Below the pieces are notes generated by a model. It worked only from the letters and a program-made list of their open reading frames with translations, did no database searches and was not told the origin of the DNA. Of a DNA stretch of 62,744 bases, positions 1 to 9,893 are shown in pieces. Location of the stretch: the NCBI GenBank assembly GCA_026461395.1, contig JAPJNA010000046.1:1-62744 (forward strand), read 5' to 3'. The number at the start of each line of letters is the position of its first letter. Position 1 is the first letter of the stretch. Position numbers and translations under genes: made by a program. Source of the stretch: Chthoniobacterales bacterium. Its GTDB lineage: Bacteria > Verrucomicrobiota > Verrucomicrobiia > Chthoniobacterales > UBA6821.

Positions 1-230
1 CTGCGTCGGAGATGGACAACCCAACAACAACCCACTAAAAACCAAAACAACCCCCAAAGACTAACTCTCTACTGGCTCGAAAAGCCGAGTCCCGTCACGG
101 GCAATCTTCACGGATTAAATCTACATCACAAACAGCATTAAGAGCATGAAGATTTCACAGGGATGAAGGTGATTAAGGTGATTGTTCTGCAGTTTATCGC
201 TTTTGTCTGCCGATCCCCCCGGATCAGGCA

Positions 231-257
231 TCCGATCCTGCAATTGGCAGGATCGGA
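231..257. other. Perfect 11-bp-stem hairpin downstream of the methyltransferase gene
   Basis: TCCGATCCTGC-AATTG-GCAGGATCGGA; no clear U-tract, so terminator role is uncertain. Confidence 0.5.
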
Positions 258-281
258 CTTCTCGGCTGATGCCTCGAATGA

Positions 282-908
282 CTAAGCCGTGTTCCCACAC
301 GCCTTTTCCATCTGCATGGCCCGCTCCGCCATACCAGGACCTAGGTAGCAGTGAGAACCAACGGAGAGGAAGCCGTGGCGAGCGAGCATCTTCATGTAAA
401 AGGAGGCCGATTGAAGGCCCTCCTTCGGGAAGTCCCCGACAAGGGAATCCTCGTTGGTATAGAGCTCAAGGAAGGCAACCCCGGCGGCCCGGTGGGCAAG
501 CGAGGCGATCCCCTGCTCGAGTTCACTCAATGGCAGGTAGAAGAGTGTGTCGCTGCAGACGATCAGATCATACTCCTCAGAAAGACCGATTTCCTCGAGC
601 GTGGCAAAGGAGCCCAGTTGGATATTCCGCTTCTTCCCAAAGCGCTCCACAGCATAGCTGCTGGGATCGACTCCGGTGTAGCGGATCTTAGGTCGCAGTG
701 CGCGCAGGGCTGACAACCAGTTCCCCTCCCCGCAGCCAACATCCAGCACGGTGCGGGCGGGACGCTCCAGATAATACTCAGCCATGGAGAGAGCGAGTGC
801 TGCCTTCCTGCCAATCGCCGATCCGGACTTCACCCGGGTCTTCGGATTACGATACCACCGGTCGAAATAGGCCCTGTCGTAGCGGGCCGTGCCAGATTTT
901 TTACTCAT
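282..908 (-). CDS. Class I SAM-dependent methyltransferase
   Basis: VLDVGCGEG motif I, GVD motif II, YDLIVC motif. Confidence 0.85.
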   Translation of the reverse strand: MSKKSGTARYDRAYFDRWYRNPKTRVKSGSAIGRKAALALSMAEYYLERPARTVLDVGCGEGNWLSALRALRPKIRYTGVDPSSYAVERFGKKRNIQLGSFATLEEIGLSEEYDLIVCSDTLFYLPLSELEQGIASLAHRAAGVAFLELYTNEDSLVGDFPKEGLQSASFYMKMLARHGFLSVGSHCYLGPGMAERAMQMEKACGNTA

Positions 909-919
909 TATAAAAAAAT

Positions 920-996
920 CGGTAATGGGAAACCGGTGATCGGCTATGGGGTTCCGAAAGATCCCCCATCCGCCTAGAACCTATTACCTATCCCCG
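920..996. repeat. Paired, roughly inverted heptamer tandem arrays
   Basis: CGGTAAT GGGAAAC CGGTGAT CGGCTAT on the left; CCTAGAA CCTATTA CCTATCC on the right. Confidence 0.5.
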
Positions 997-1002
997 GTGC
1001 CG

Positions 1003-1320
1003 TCAGGCACCTAGGAACGAGCAGATGTAGTGGCAGGGATCGAGCTTCACCGTGATGGTGAATCCGGAGTTCGCGGGAACATCGAAGGCATGACCCGCTG
1101 CATAAGAATCCGTCTTATTTGTTCCATCTAGCAACACCTCGCAGGAACCCTCGACGATCTCCATGCGTTCGGCCTTGCCCGTTCCGAAATGATAGGTTCC
1201 GGGCAGAATGACCCCCACGGTCTTGTGGTCACTCTCCTGGGTGATGACGGTATGCGAAATAACGCGCCCCTCGAAGTAGATGTTGGCCTTGGCATGAACG
1301 GTGGCATTAGTGAATTCCAT
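1003..1320 (-). CDS. ppnP: Pyrimidine/purine nucleoside phosphorylase (DUF1255 cupin)
   Basis: KANIYFEGRVISH...KTVGVILPGTYHFGT..AERMEIVEG...F.VPANSGF; start placed at MEFTN. Confidence 0.9.
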   Translation of the reverse strand: MEFTNATVHAKANIYFEGRVISHTVITQESDHKTVGVILPGTYHFGTGKAERMEIVEGSCEVLLDGTNKTDSYAAGHAFDVPANSGFTITVKLDPCHYICSFLGA

Positions 1321-1393
1321 GGTGCGGTAATCGACGTAAGGCAGATCTTTTGCAAGTGCAAAGCACGGCATTTTCCGCCCATGATCGCCGTCA

Positions 1394-1861
1394 ATGCGCT
1401 TTGTGCCTCTGATTTTCCTCGGTTCTCTAGCTCTCTGGGGCTCCTCGCTGCGTGCCGAGATCGGGGCCACGCAGGAGCAGTGCATTGCCCGTTATGGAAA
1501 GCCCGAGCGCGATGCCCTCAAGGAGAGTGGATTACTCTACTTCCGAAAGGACGGCATCTGCACGATCGTTCATTTCTACAAGGGGAAATGCGACGTCCTG
1601 AGTCTCTTTTCCGATAAGGCAGAGTCAGGAGTGCCTGAGGAGCTACCCGCTGATCGGATCAAGTCTCTACTTAAAAGCGAGGTAGCCAGTCCAGACTGGA
1701 GACCTGGAGGTTGCTACTCGATCAACGGAGTCTGGAATACGGCTGATGGAAAATCCTTCGCCATCTACGACACCATGCGCCACAAACTCGCCATCATGAC
1801 GCACGAGGCCTATGTGAGGGAGAAGGCCGCGGTCGCGAAGTCTCGTTCTGGCGTGAACTAA
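1394..1861 (+). CDS. Secreted hypothetical protein
   Basis: Signal peptide ending LRA, followed by EIGATQEQCIARYGKP. Confidence 0.7.
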   Translation: MRFVPLIFLGSLALWGSSLRAEIGATQEQCIARYGKPERDALKESGLLYFRKDGICTIVHFYKGKCDVLSLFSDKAESGVPEELPADRIKSLLKSEVASPDWRPGGCYSINGVWNTADGKSFAIYDTMRHKLAIMTHEAYVREKAAVAKSRSGVN

Positions 1862-1879
1862 AAATCATCGCCCGAGAGC

Positions 1880-1907
1880 TGGTGGAGTTGAGGGAAGTCG
1901 CACCCCG
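1880..1907 (-). other. Degenerate tRNA-Ala/tmRNA 3'-end fragment (possible att scar)
   Basis: Minus strand reads CGGGG-TGCGACT-TCCCT-CAACTCC-A-CCA (T-arm, acceptor 3' strand, CCA); no matching 5' half is visible. Confidence 0.45.
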
Positions 1908-2157
1908 AGCCATTTCATTTCCTCTCATGGCATCTCTAGAAACGCTCGTTTCGAAACGCTCGTTTCTTCAAGGGAGGAATCAGCTTCGGACGACTATTTG
2001 CAAGACGGCGTTTTTGCAAGACGGCGGTGGGTGCCACAAATCAACGAGTCCCATTGCAACCCTCATGTCCACTCCAGTCTGCTCCCATTCAGGGGGGCAC
2101 CGCCTGTGCTGGAGGAATGGTTCTTGTAGCCGGGAGAAGGCTGCGAAAGAGTGCGAT

Positions 2158-3447
2158 ATGGATCCCTTTTTTACCGGACTCGGCCAGAACGTCTATGATC
2201 GCTGGAAGCAGGAGAACTTCAATCTCTCCGCCTTCCCTAGGATCGCTGAGGAAGCCCTTCTTGAGAATCCCCCCTCGGACACCGTCGATCTGGGATCTCT
2301 AATCCAGGAGTTTCTCCTCAACGATGAGCAGCCCTTTCAAACATCCTCGGGATTCGGTCAGCCTGAGCTGATCGTCTATGACAATCCCAAGTTTTACATC
2401 CAGATCCTCTTCTGGCTGGATGGGACGACCGACATCCATCAGCACGAGTTCTCCGGAGCCTTTCATGTGATGGAGGGGTCGAGCATTCACTCACACTTTG
2501 AGTTCGAGAACATCCGTTCCGTGACGGCCCATTTTCGTCTCGGCGAGTTGAAGCTCAAGGATGCCACCCTGCTGGAGACGGGAAGCACGGTTCAGATCAT
2601 CTCAGGTCGCAGTTGCATCCACTCGCTCTTCCACCTCGAGACCCCATCGGTGACCGTCGTCATCCGCACCCATTCCGATCCGGGAACAGGACCTCAGTTC
2701 ACTTACCTGCCTCCCTATGTGGCAGTTGATCCGGTCCATCACGACGCCCTCACCATGAGACGCAAACAACTCCTCGATGTGATGGAGCAGACGGGCGATT
2801 CCGACTATGCTGAGCTTGTTGCCGAGATGGTCGGCGAGCTCGATTTTGAACGTGGATTTTTCATCCTTCAGAATTGCATAGGCAACCTCAGAAACCTCGG
2901 GGCCTGGGAGGATGTCTGGGAGGTCTTTTCATCAAAGCACGGACCCCTTGCAGAACCGGTCGCCCATACCCTTCTGGAAATCATCCGCCGTGACGGGATC
3001 GCTGCGATGCGAGGGAACATCGAGGATGTGGAGCACCGCTTCTTTCTGGCGCTCCTGCTGAATGTGGAGCGCCGAGAAGACATTCTGGAGATGGTCTCCC
3101 GGAAGTCCGACGGCGATTCTCTGGAGACGATCATGCGCTGGGCTGAGGAGCTAATGCAGGTGACCGAATCCGGAACATGGATCCTGGACGCTGGATTCCC
3201 CGAGGAACTCGGCATCGCCGAAGAAGAGCAGCCCGTTCTTTTCCTCACCGCACTGAATCACTTCATCAGGGGAGGCAAAGCTGTCGCCGAGCTGAAGAGA
3301 CTCTCTGCGAGGGATCTCGCCCTTCTGAAAGAAACTTTTGCCCGATCCAGTTGGAGTTCACTGCTCCTCCCTCTTCAGGGGAAGAACCCCCCTTCCAAAG
3401 GGTCAAGCAAAGTGAAAAAAACCGCCGGGAGCAAGAATCCCAAATAG
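2158..3447 (+). CDS. Hypothetical protein with cupin/thiol-dioxygenase-like metal motif
   Basis: TDIHQHEFSGAFHVMEG ... CIHSLFH...SVTVVIRT; start taken at MDPFF within the long ORF. Confidence 0.65.
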   Translation: MDPFFTGLGQNVYDRWKQENFNLSAFPRIAEEALLENPPSDTVDLGSLIQEFLLNDEQPFQTSSGFGQPELIVYDNPKFYIQILFWLDGTTDIHQHEFSGAFHVMEGSSIHSHFEFENIRSVTAHFRLGELKLKDATLLETGSTVQIISGRSCIHSLFHLETPSVTVVIRTHSDPGTGPQFTYLPPYVAVDPVHHDALTMRRKQLLDVMEQTGDSDYAELVAEMVGELDFERGFFILQNCIGNLRNLGAWEDVWEVFSSKHGPLAEPVAHTLLEIIRRDGIAAMRGNIEDVEHRFFLALLLNVERREDILEMVSRKSDGDSLETIMRWAEELMQVTESGTWILDAGFPEELGIAEEEQPVLFLTALNHFIRGGKAVAELKRLSARDLALLKETFARSSWSSLLLPLQGKNPPSKGSSKVKKTAGSKNPK

Positions 3448-3576
3448 CCGGGGAGAGGGAGGCGATAGCTCTTCCCACGGTACTGTAAGCTCCCATTCAC
3501 CGAAAACAACGAAGGCCTCCTTGTTTGCAGAACCCTCTGGTTTGACTGCTCGCTCATGACAACAGAGGATCTTGTC

Positions 3577-4263
3577 ATGAAGTGTCATTTAATCGTGAGC
3601 TTGCTCCTGTTTCCCGCCGCAACAGGCTCCCTGCTTGCCTCCAATCTCCCCCTTTGGGAACGACTGACACCACAGCAGCAAATGGTTCTGAATTCGGGAA
3701 AGCAGGTCGTTCTTGAGGAGAAGATCCCTGACAATCCATGGCCAAAACTGACGATCTATCAACTGGTCAAGAGCAGCTCCGCCGACGTGGCTGCCGTCTT
3801 TTGGAACAGCGAACTGGACACGAAATACCTCCTAAACTGCAAATCTGCACGCATCCTTGATCGCCCCTCGCACGATGTGCACAAGGCAGAGTTTATCCTC
3901 AGAATGCCCTTGTTTCTCCCAGAGGAACTCTACGTGTCGAGGATCGCGATCAAGAACCCTTCGGAGCACGTCTTCGAAATTTCATGGAAGGTTCTGGAGT
4001 CGCGTTACTCCACAGAATGCAACGGCATGATCAGGATCGAACCGCACGGTGACCTGGCTTTCTTCAGCTATGAGAACTTCGTGAAGCCACGGAGTAACTT
4101 CGCGGGCCTTCTGCGTTGGCCTGCACAGGCCACCATTGTCGATAGCGTCAAGGCCTTGGTACGCCAGGTGGAAACGGAGAAACAAAAGAACCCTCAACTT
4201 CTTGCCAGTCAGCTTCAGGCCGTTGAGCAAGCAGTGGGCCTCCCTCCCGGTTCGCTACGATAG
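3577..4263 (+). CDS. Secreted SRPBCC/START-like protein (paralog 1)
   Basis: Signal peptide; strong similarity to the next ORF (GKQVVLEE, PWP, LFLPxExYVSR, EISWKVL); fold is inferred. Confidence 0.6.
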   Translation: MKCHLIVSLLLFPAATGSLLASNLPLWERLTPQQQMVLNSGKQVVLEEKIPDNPWPKLTIYQLVKSSSADVAAVFWNSELDTKYLLNCKSARILDRPSHDVHKAEFILRMPLFLPEELYVSRIAIKNPSEHVFEISWKVLESRYSTECNGMIRIEPHGDLAFFSYENFVKPRSNFAGLLRWPAQATIVDSVKALVRQVETEKQKNPQLLASQLQAVEQAVGLPPGSLR

Positions 4264-4313
4264 GGAAGCGCTGAAGGTTGACCGCTAATTCCCGTGAGGC
4301 ATAGGATCGCCAT

Positions 4314-4985
4314 ATGACCCGTATATCTGCTGGTTTCCTACTGCTCCTTGCTGGAGCAGCAGCATCGCTCTCCGCTGAGGAGTCGATGTGGAGTGCGTTA
4401 ACACAGCAGCAGCATGCACAGCTTCTCGCTGGCAAACAGGTGGTGTTGGAGGAGGAGATCTCAGGCAAGCCCTGGCCCCGCTTCACGATCTACCATCTCG
4501 TGAAAGGGACGCCCGCAGATGTTGCAGCCATTTTTTGGGATTGCGAACTGGATCCGAAGTATATTCCGGACTGCCTCTCCGTACGGATTATTTCACGGTC
4601 GGCCCCTTGGATCCACGATGGAGAGTATACGTTGAAAATGCCCCTATTCCTGCCGGACGAGGTGTATGTTTCGCGAAATGAACTGAAGAGGCACTCCGCC
4701 ACCTCCTATGAAATCTCTTGGAAAGTCCTCCGCTCCCGCTACTCCGAATCATGTTCAGGATCGCTACGTATGCAGGAGCACGACGGTAAGACCCTGCTCT
4801 GCTACAGTAATCTCATTGTTCCCGGCAGCCGTATCGCGAGACTTCTCCGCTCCACCGCCGGAAATCAGGTAGTCTCCAGCGTACAGGCTCTTGTCCGGCA
4901 GATAGCCTCGGAAATCGAGATGAGGCCCCAACTACTCGAGCAACAGCTTCACTCTCTGGAACACGCTCTGGAAACGGCAAAGTAG
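4314..4985 (+). CDS. Secreted SRPBCC/START-like protein (paralog 2)
   Basis: Signal peptide ending LSA; paralog of 3577..4263. Confidence 0.6.
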   Translation: MTRISAGFLLLLAGAAASLSAEESMWSALTQQQHAQLLAGKQVVLEEEISGKPWPRFTIYHLVKGTPADVAAIFWDCELDPKYIPDCLSVRIISRSAPWIHDGEYTLKMPLFLPDEVYVSRNELKRHSATSYEISWKVLRSRYSESCSGSLRMQEHDGKTLLCYSNLIVPGSRIARLLRSTAGNQVVSSVQALVRQIASEIEMRPQLLEQQLHSLEHALETAK

Positions 4986-4989
4986 CAAG

Positions 4990-5742
4990 GTGCCGACCCT
5001 TCTGCATCTGACCTTACAGGCGTGGCTACTAGTGGCCGTCGCCGCATTCTGCATAGGTTTCACCAAGGCGGGATTCGGTGGATTCGGACTTATCGCGGTA
5101 CTCCTCATGGCGCAGGCCTTTCCTGCCAAGGAATCAACCGGAGCCGTGCTCCCGATGCTTATCATGGCTGATTTCATGGCCATCTCCGCCTATCGCAGGC
5201 ATGTCTCGTGGGGAGAGCTGTGGAGACTCCTCCCATCGACTTTTCTGGGTCTCATCGCGGGATGGTTGCTGATGAGCAGGATCCCCGACGATCTCTTCTC
5301 TCACTTCCTTGGATGGCTTATTCTTGTGATGATGGCACTCGTCCTCTGGCAGCGATTCGACAGGAGGATACTCTCCGGAATCATGCATCACCCGGTTCTC
5401 GCGACGGGATCGGGATTTCTGGCCGGCGTGACCACGATGATGGCCAATGCCGGCGGTCCCGCGATGACCTTTTACCTCTTGGCCAAGAGGTTCGACAAGA
5501 TGGCTTTTGTCGGAACCTGCGCTTGGTTCTTCTGTATCACTAACCTAGTGAAGATTCCGCTGAGCTGGAATCTCGGCCTGATCACCATATCCTCCCTGGC
5601 GATCAATCTCATGATGCTCCCGGCAATCGTTGCGGGGATGCTCGTGGGGCGCCTCCTTCTCGGGAAAGTTTCCCAAGCAGCCTTTGAATGGGTGGCCATC
5701 ATCATGGCCATTGCCTCTGCGGCCCGGATGATCATGGTGTAA
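4990..5742 (+). CDS. Sulfite exporter TauE/SafE family membrane protein
   Basis: GFTKAGFGG, ANAGGP and NLVKIP motifs; multiple TM helices. Confidence 0.85.
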   Translation: MPTLLHLTLQAWLLVAVAAFCIGFTKAGFGGFGLIAVLLMAQAFPAKESTGAVLPMLIMADFMAISAYRRHVSWGELWRLLPSTFLGLIAGWLLMSRIPDDLFSHFLGWLILVMMALVLWQRFDRRILSGIMHHPVLATGSGFLAGVTTMMANAGGPAMTFYLLAKRFDKMAFVGTCAWFFCITNLVKIPLSWNLGLITISSLAINLMMLPAIVAGMLVGRLLLGKVSQAAFEWVAIIMAIASAARMIMV

Positions 5743-5755
5743 AGCGGAGCCCAAA

Positions 5756-5790
5756 ACCTTTTACCTTTTACCGGTTACCTTTTACTTTCA
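5756..5790. repeat. Heptamer tandem array (ACCTTTT-like x5) directly before dnaG
   Basis: ACCTTTT ACCTTTT ACCGGTT ACCTTTT ACTTTCA. Confidence 0.7.
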
Positions 5791-5793
5791 GCC

Positions 5794-7608
5794 ATGCCCC
5801 GGATCGCCGAAGAGAGTGTTCAGAAGGTCGCCGACGCCAGCGATATCGCGGAGATTATCGGAGGTTATTTTCCACTGAAGCGTGCAGGGACTAGCTTTCG
5901 AGCCCTCTGCCCCTTTCATAAGGAGAAGAGTCCCTCGTTCCATGTGAATCCCTCGCGGCAGACATTCCATTGCTTCGGTTGTGGTGCTGGAGGCGGTGTC
6001 TTCCGGTTTGTGATGGATTACGAGCATATCGATTTCCCCAGCGCTATCCGTAAGCTTGCACAGCGTGCCGGCATTGTCCTGATCGAGAACAATGATCCCG
6101 CAGAGCAATCGAAGCGCGACCAGCGCAGCCGCCTTCTCCAACTCCACAAGGAAGCCGCCGAGTGGTTTCATCTCAATCTCCTACGCAACCGCGATGCCGA
6201 GCACGCACGTGCCTATCTGAAAAAGCGTGGACTCACTAAGGAGATCGCCGTGGAGTGGCTGCTCGGATTCGCCCCTGGAGGATGGGAGACGCTTAGGAAC
6301 TGGGCCATGGCCAAGGGATTTAGCCGGGAGGAATTGCTGTTGGGAGGACTGCTCACATCCAAGGAGGGTGATACCCAGGGAGGCTATGACCGGTTCCGCG
6401 ACCGACTGATGTTCCCAATCCGTAATGATTATGGCGAAGTGGTTGCTTTCAGCGGCCGCATACTCAACGACAACGACCGGGAGGCGAAGTATGTGAACTC
6501 GCCTGAGACGCCCATCTTCTCCAAGGGACGCGTCCTCTTCGGCCTCGACAAGAGCAAGCGTCCCTTGATTGAGGCAGGAAGTGCCATCGTTCTGGAGGGA
6601 CAGATTGATCTCATATCCGCCTTCGAGCACGGGGTAAAGAACGTGGTAGCACCACAAGGAACAGCCTTCACGAGCGAGCAAGCGCGCCTATTACGGCGCT
6701 TTGTGGAGAAAGTCATTCTCTGCTTCGACTCAGACAATGCTGGCCAGAATGCTGTGGAGAAATCCCTTCCTGCTCTCCTGAGTGCCGGACTAGCCGTTCT
6801 GGTGGCGAGGCTTCCCGCTGGGGAGGATCCCGACTCACTCATCCGAGGAAAGGGGGTGGAAGCCTTCACGGAGAAGATTTCCGGGGCCAAGGACTTCTTT
6901 GATCACACCATCGATCGGGCTGCGGATTCAGCCGGAGGAAGCCTTGGACCAAGGGATAAAGCCATGGTGGCTCAACGCCTTGGGGGATTCCTTGCCCTGT
7001 TATCAGACACGGCCCTCAGGGAAACCACGACAACCCATGTCGCCGTCAGGTTAGGAATTTCTGAATCAGCCCTTCGAGAAGCCGCATTGCGCAATACCAT
7101 CTCATTTCCCGAAAATGATGGATCGGGAGAGTCGGTCGCACCCGCCGAAAACCGCGCCCGCGTGTCGGCCTCTACAGAACTCATCTGCGGTCTGGCACTC
7201 CTCTCCAAGGAGGCCCGGGATTGGATCTCCTCGGAGACTTCGTTCTGTCCCGAGGAGTTAGACCCAGAACTAGCCCTGCTGCGTGAACTCCTGCCTCCAC
7301 TTCAGGGTGTAGAGACCCCCACGCCAGCGATCGTCCTGGCGTTGATCCCCTCCCCACTTCAGCCCCTTGTCAGTGGATGGGAGTTGGAGAAGTTGCCCCC
7401 TTCACCACTGTTGGCCATCCAAGATGCGATCCGCAATCTCCGCATGATCGATCTGAAGAAGAAACAGTTGGCGGCAACGCTTAAACTAAGAAATCCAGCC
7501 CTCGAAACGGCTGAAATGATCTCTGTCCAGAAAGAGATCCTTGACCTTCAGCTCAAGATCAACGATCTTTCCGCGCCCGCGACTTCGGTACCAACTGAGC
7601 TACGTTGA
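5794..7608 (+). CDS. dnaG: DNA primase
   Basis: CPFHxEKSPSF..CFGC zinc finger, [19 protein letters not shown] and FDSDxAG. Confidence 0.97.
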   Translation: MPRIAEESVQKVADASDIAEIIGGYFPLKRAGTSFRALCPFHKEKSPSFHVNPSRQTFHCFGCGAGGGVFRFVMDYEHIDFPSAIRKLAQRAGIVLIENNDPAEQSKRDQRSRLLQLHKEAAEWFHLNLLRNRDAEHARAYLKKRGLTKEIAVEWLLGFAPGGWETLRNWAMAKGFSREELLLGGLLTSKEGDTQGGYDRFRDRLMFPIRNDYGEVVAFSGRILNDNDREAKYVNSPETPIFSKGRVLFGLDKSKRPLIEAGSAIVLEGQIDLISAFEHGVKNVVAPQGTAFTSEQARLLRRFVEKVILCFDSDNAGQNAVEKSLPALLSAGLAVLVARLPAGEDPDSLIRGKGVEAFTEKISGAKDFFDHTIDRAADSAGGSLGPRDKAMVAQRLGGFLALLSDTALRETTTTHVAVRLGISESALREAALRNTISFPENDGSGESVAPAENRARVSASTELICGLALLSKEARDWISSETSFCPEELDPELALLRELLPPLQGVETPTPAIVLALIPSPLQPLVSGWELEKLPPSPLLAIQDAIRNLRMIDLKKKQLAATLKLRNPALETAEMISVQKEILDLQLKINDLSAPATSVPTELR

Positions 7609-9791
7609 AAAAAAAATCCCAACCTTCCCCGTCCCGGAAAACCTCCGGAAAGTCCGTCAAGCCAACTCCTGCAGTCAAGAAGGCACCGGCTAAAAAGCCC
7701 ATGCTTAAACTGGCCAAGCCGACCAAGCCTGCACCAAAAGTAGCTGTCAAAAAGCCACTTCCGGCGAAACAAGTAGCAAAAAAACCGATTTCCAAGACCC
7801 CTCTTTCCAAGCCATCACTCGCAGCTAAGAAGGCACCGGCTGGAAAGCCTGCGCCCGTGGCTAAGAAGGCACAGGCTGGAAAGCCTGCGCCTAAGCAAAC
7901 TAAACCTGCTAGACCAGTTTCAAAGGCGCCTATCAAAAAGTCGCTTCCAGCAAAAACGGTTTCCAAGACAGTACCCGCGTCATCCAAGGCTCCCGCTGTT
8001 ACCAAGACCTCTTTAGCCAAATCGACTCCCGTCGCATCGGGAAAACCTTCAGCAAAGGCTAATGCGGCCAAGGGTGTAAAGAGCGGTGTTTCCCTCTCCC
8101 TTTCAGGCCAGGCTCCCGCCAACGCGCTCGAAGCCCAAAAGCTTCTTCAGGAAAAGATCCGTGAACTTCTGAAACTCGCCAAGGAACAGGGCTACATCAC
8201 TTTCGAGGATCTGGACGAGCATCTTCCCGAGGGAATGAATGATCCCGATACGATCGATGCAATCCTGACCCAACTTCGTGCAGTCGAGATCGATATCATC
8301 GATGCCTCCGATGTCGACAGGGTCAAGGAACCCAAACGTCCCGATGACGAGGAGAAGGATGACAAGGAAAAGGAAGAGAAGGAAGAGAAGGCCGATGGCC
8401 GCCTCGATATCCTTGACGACCCTGTCCGCATGTATCTCAAACAGATGGGCCAGGTTCCCCTCCTCACCCGCGAGCAGGAAGTGGAGATCTCGAAGCGTAT
8501 CGAGGAAGCCGAAATCAGGATGCAGGATGTCCTCTATCGATTCGGCTTTATTGCTCACGCCTATCTCGACATGTCACAGCGCCTGCTCGATTCTCGCGAA
8601 CGTTTCGACCGCGTTATTCAGGACAAGAAAATCGAAAGCCGCGAACGCTACCTCAAGCTACTCCCGCGTCTGAGCCAGCAACTCCAGCGCCTAGCCGATG
8701 TCGTTTCGGATCATTACGTCAGCAAGATTGCTCCGGCTAAGAAATCCCCCGTTCCCAAGGATGTGGCAGTCTTCGAGAAGCAGATCGACGAGGTCGTGAA
8801 GATCTATCCCAAGTTTTTCTTCAAATCTAAGATAGTAGAGGACTTCGTCACCCATGCCGACGACCACCTGAAGACACTTCTCTCGCTTCGGGCCGAGCAC
8901 CAAAAGCATGCTTCGAAAAAAGATCAGGATGCCCAGCACAAGCGTCACGTAGGCTCCCTCGCCGCCCAGATCGACGAAGCTCATCGTCGGAACTGGATGA
9001 CGATCGAGAACTATCACGATCGTCACCGAGAGCTGAAGCGTAACTTCCGCGAGGCACTCCGCGCCAAGACCGAGATGGTCGAGGCCAACCTGCGTCTCGT
9101 TATTTCGATCGCCAAGAAATACACCAACAGGGGTCTCTCTTTCCTTGACCTCATTCAGGAAGGGAACATGGGCCTCATGAAGGCCGTGGAGAAGTTCGAG
9201 TATCGCCGCGGTTACAAGTTCTCAACCTACGCCACCTGGTGGATTCGCCAAGCGATCACCCGCTCGATTGCCGATCAGGCCCGCACCATCCGCATTCCGG
9301 TGCACATGATCGAGACGATCAATAAACTTATCCGCGTGCAGAAGCAGCTCGTCCAGGAGTATGGCCGGGAACCTTCCGCCGAGGAGATTGCCGACGAAAT
9401 CCAACTCCCAGTTGGTCGCGTTCAAGCTGTCCTTAAGATGGCCCAGCAGCCGATTTCGCTTCAGGCGCCTGTCGGCGACAGCGATGATACAAGCTTTGGG
9501 GATTTCATCGAGGATAAATCTGCTGAGAACCCGTCGGACATGGCGGCGATCGTCCTCCTCAAGGAGAAGATCAAGGATGTGCTCGAATCTCTCACCGAGC
9601 GCGAGCGTCAGGTTCTCGAACAACGTTTTGGACTCGTCGACGGCTACTCCAGGACTCTCGAGGAGGTTGGCAAACAGTTCAAGGTCACCCGCGAGCGTAT
9701 CCGACAGATTGAGGCCAAAGCTCTCCGCAAGATGCGTCACCCCACCCGTCTCCGTCAGCTAGAGGGATTCCTCGAGCCGAAGGATATGTGA
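7605..9791 (+). CDS. rpoD: Primary sigma factor sigma-70 with a Lys/Ala/Pro-rich N-terminal extension
   Basis: [44 protein letters not shown]; start is either TTG 7605 or ATG 7701. Confidence 0.97.
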   Translation: MKKKSQPSPSRKTSGKSVKPTPAVKKAPAKKPMLKLAKPTKPAPKVAVKKPLPAKQVAKKPISKTPLSKPSLAAKKAPAGKPAPVAKKAQAGKPAPKQTKPARPVSKAPIKKSLPAKTVSKTVPASSKAPAVTKTSLAKSTPVASGKPSAKANAAKGVKSGVSLSLSGQAPANALEAQKLLQEKIRELLKLAKEQGYITFEDLDEHLPEGMNDPDTIDAILTQLRAVEIDIIDASDVDRVKEPKRPDDEEKDDKEKEEKEEKADGRLDILDDPVRMYLKQMGQVPLLTREQEVEISKRIEEAEIRMQDVLYRFGFIAHAYLDMSQRLLDSRERFDRVIQDKKIESRERYLKLLPRLSQQLQRLADVVSDHYVSKIAPAKKSPVPKDVAVFEKQIDEVVKIYPKFFFKSKIVEDFVTHADDHLKTLLSLRAEHQKHASKKDQDAQHKRHVGSLAAQIDEAHRRNWMTIENYHDRHRELKRNFREALRAKTEMVEANLRLVISIAKKYTNRGLSFLDLIQEGNMGLMKAVEKFEYRRGYKFSTYATWWIRQAITRSIADQARTIRIPVHMIETINKLIRVQKQLVQEYGREPSAEEIADEIQLPVGRVQAVLKMAQQPISLQAPVGDSDDTSFGDFIEDKSAENPSDMAAIVLLKEKIKDVLESLTERERQVLEQRFGLVDGYSRTLEEVGKQFKVTRERIRQIEAKALRKMRHPTRLRQLEGFLEPKDM

Positions 9792-9813
9792 AACGGCAAC
9801 TCGTAACATTTCC

Positions 9814-9850
9814 GAAAAGGGGGGCATTTCGAATGCCCCCTTTTTCTTTT
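9814..9850 (+). terminator. Intrinsic terminator after rpoD
   Basis: AAAAGGGGGGCATT-TCG-AATGCCCCC-TTTTTCTTTT. Confidence 0.85.
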
Positions 9851-9893
9851 GCAACAAGTGCGCATTTTCGGTGTTAAACTCTTGAGACGATCC

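Noticed and set aside
1-115. AC-rich tract with small hairpins as a possible ncRNA
   Set aside because: Truncated by the window edge and no recognisable family features.
1882-2157. Long N-terminal extensions in the ORF track (also for ppnP, obgE, the MFS gene, rpsA and the 28094 ORF)
   Set aside because: They overlap neighbouring genes or non-coding features; downstream Met starts fit the family N-termini better.
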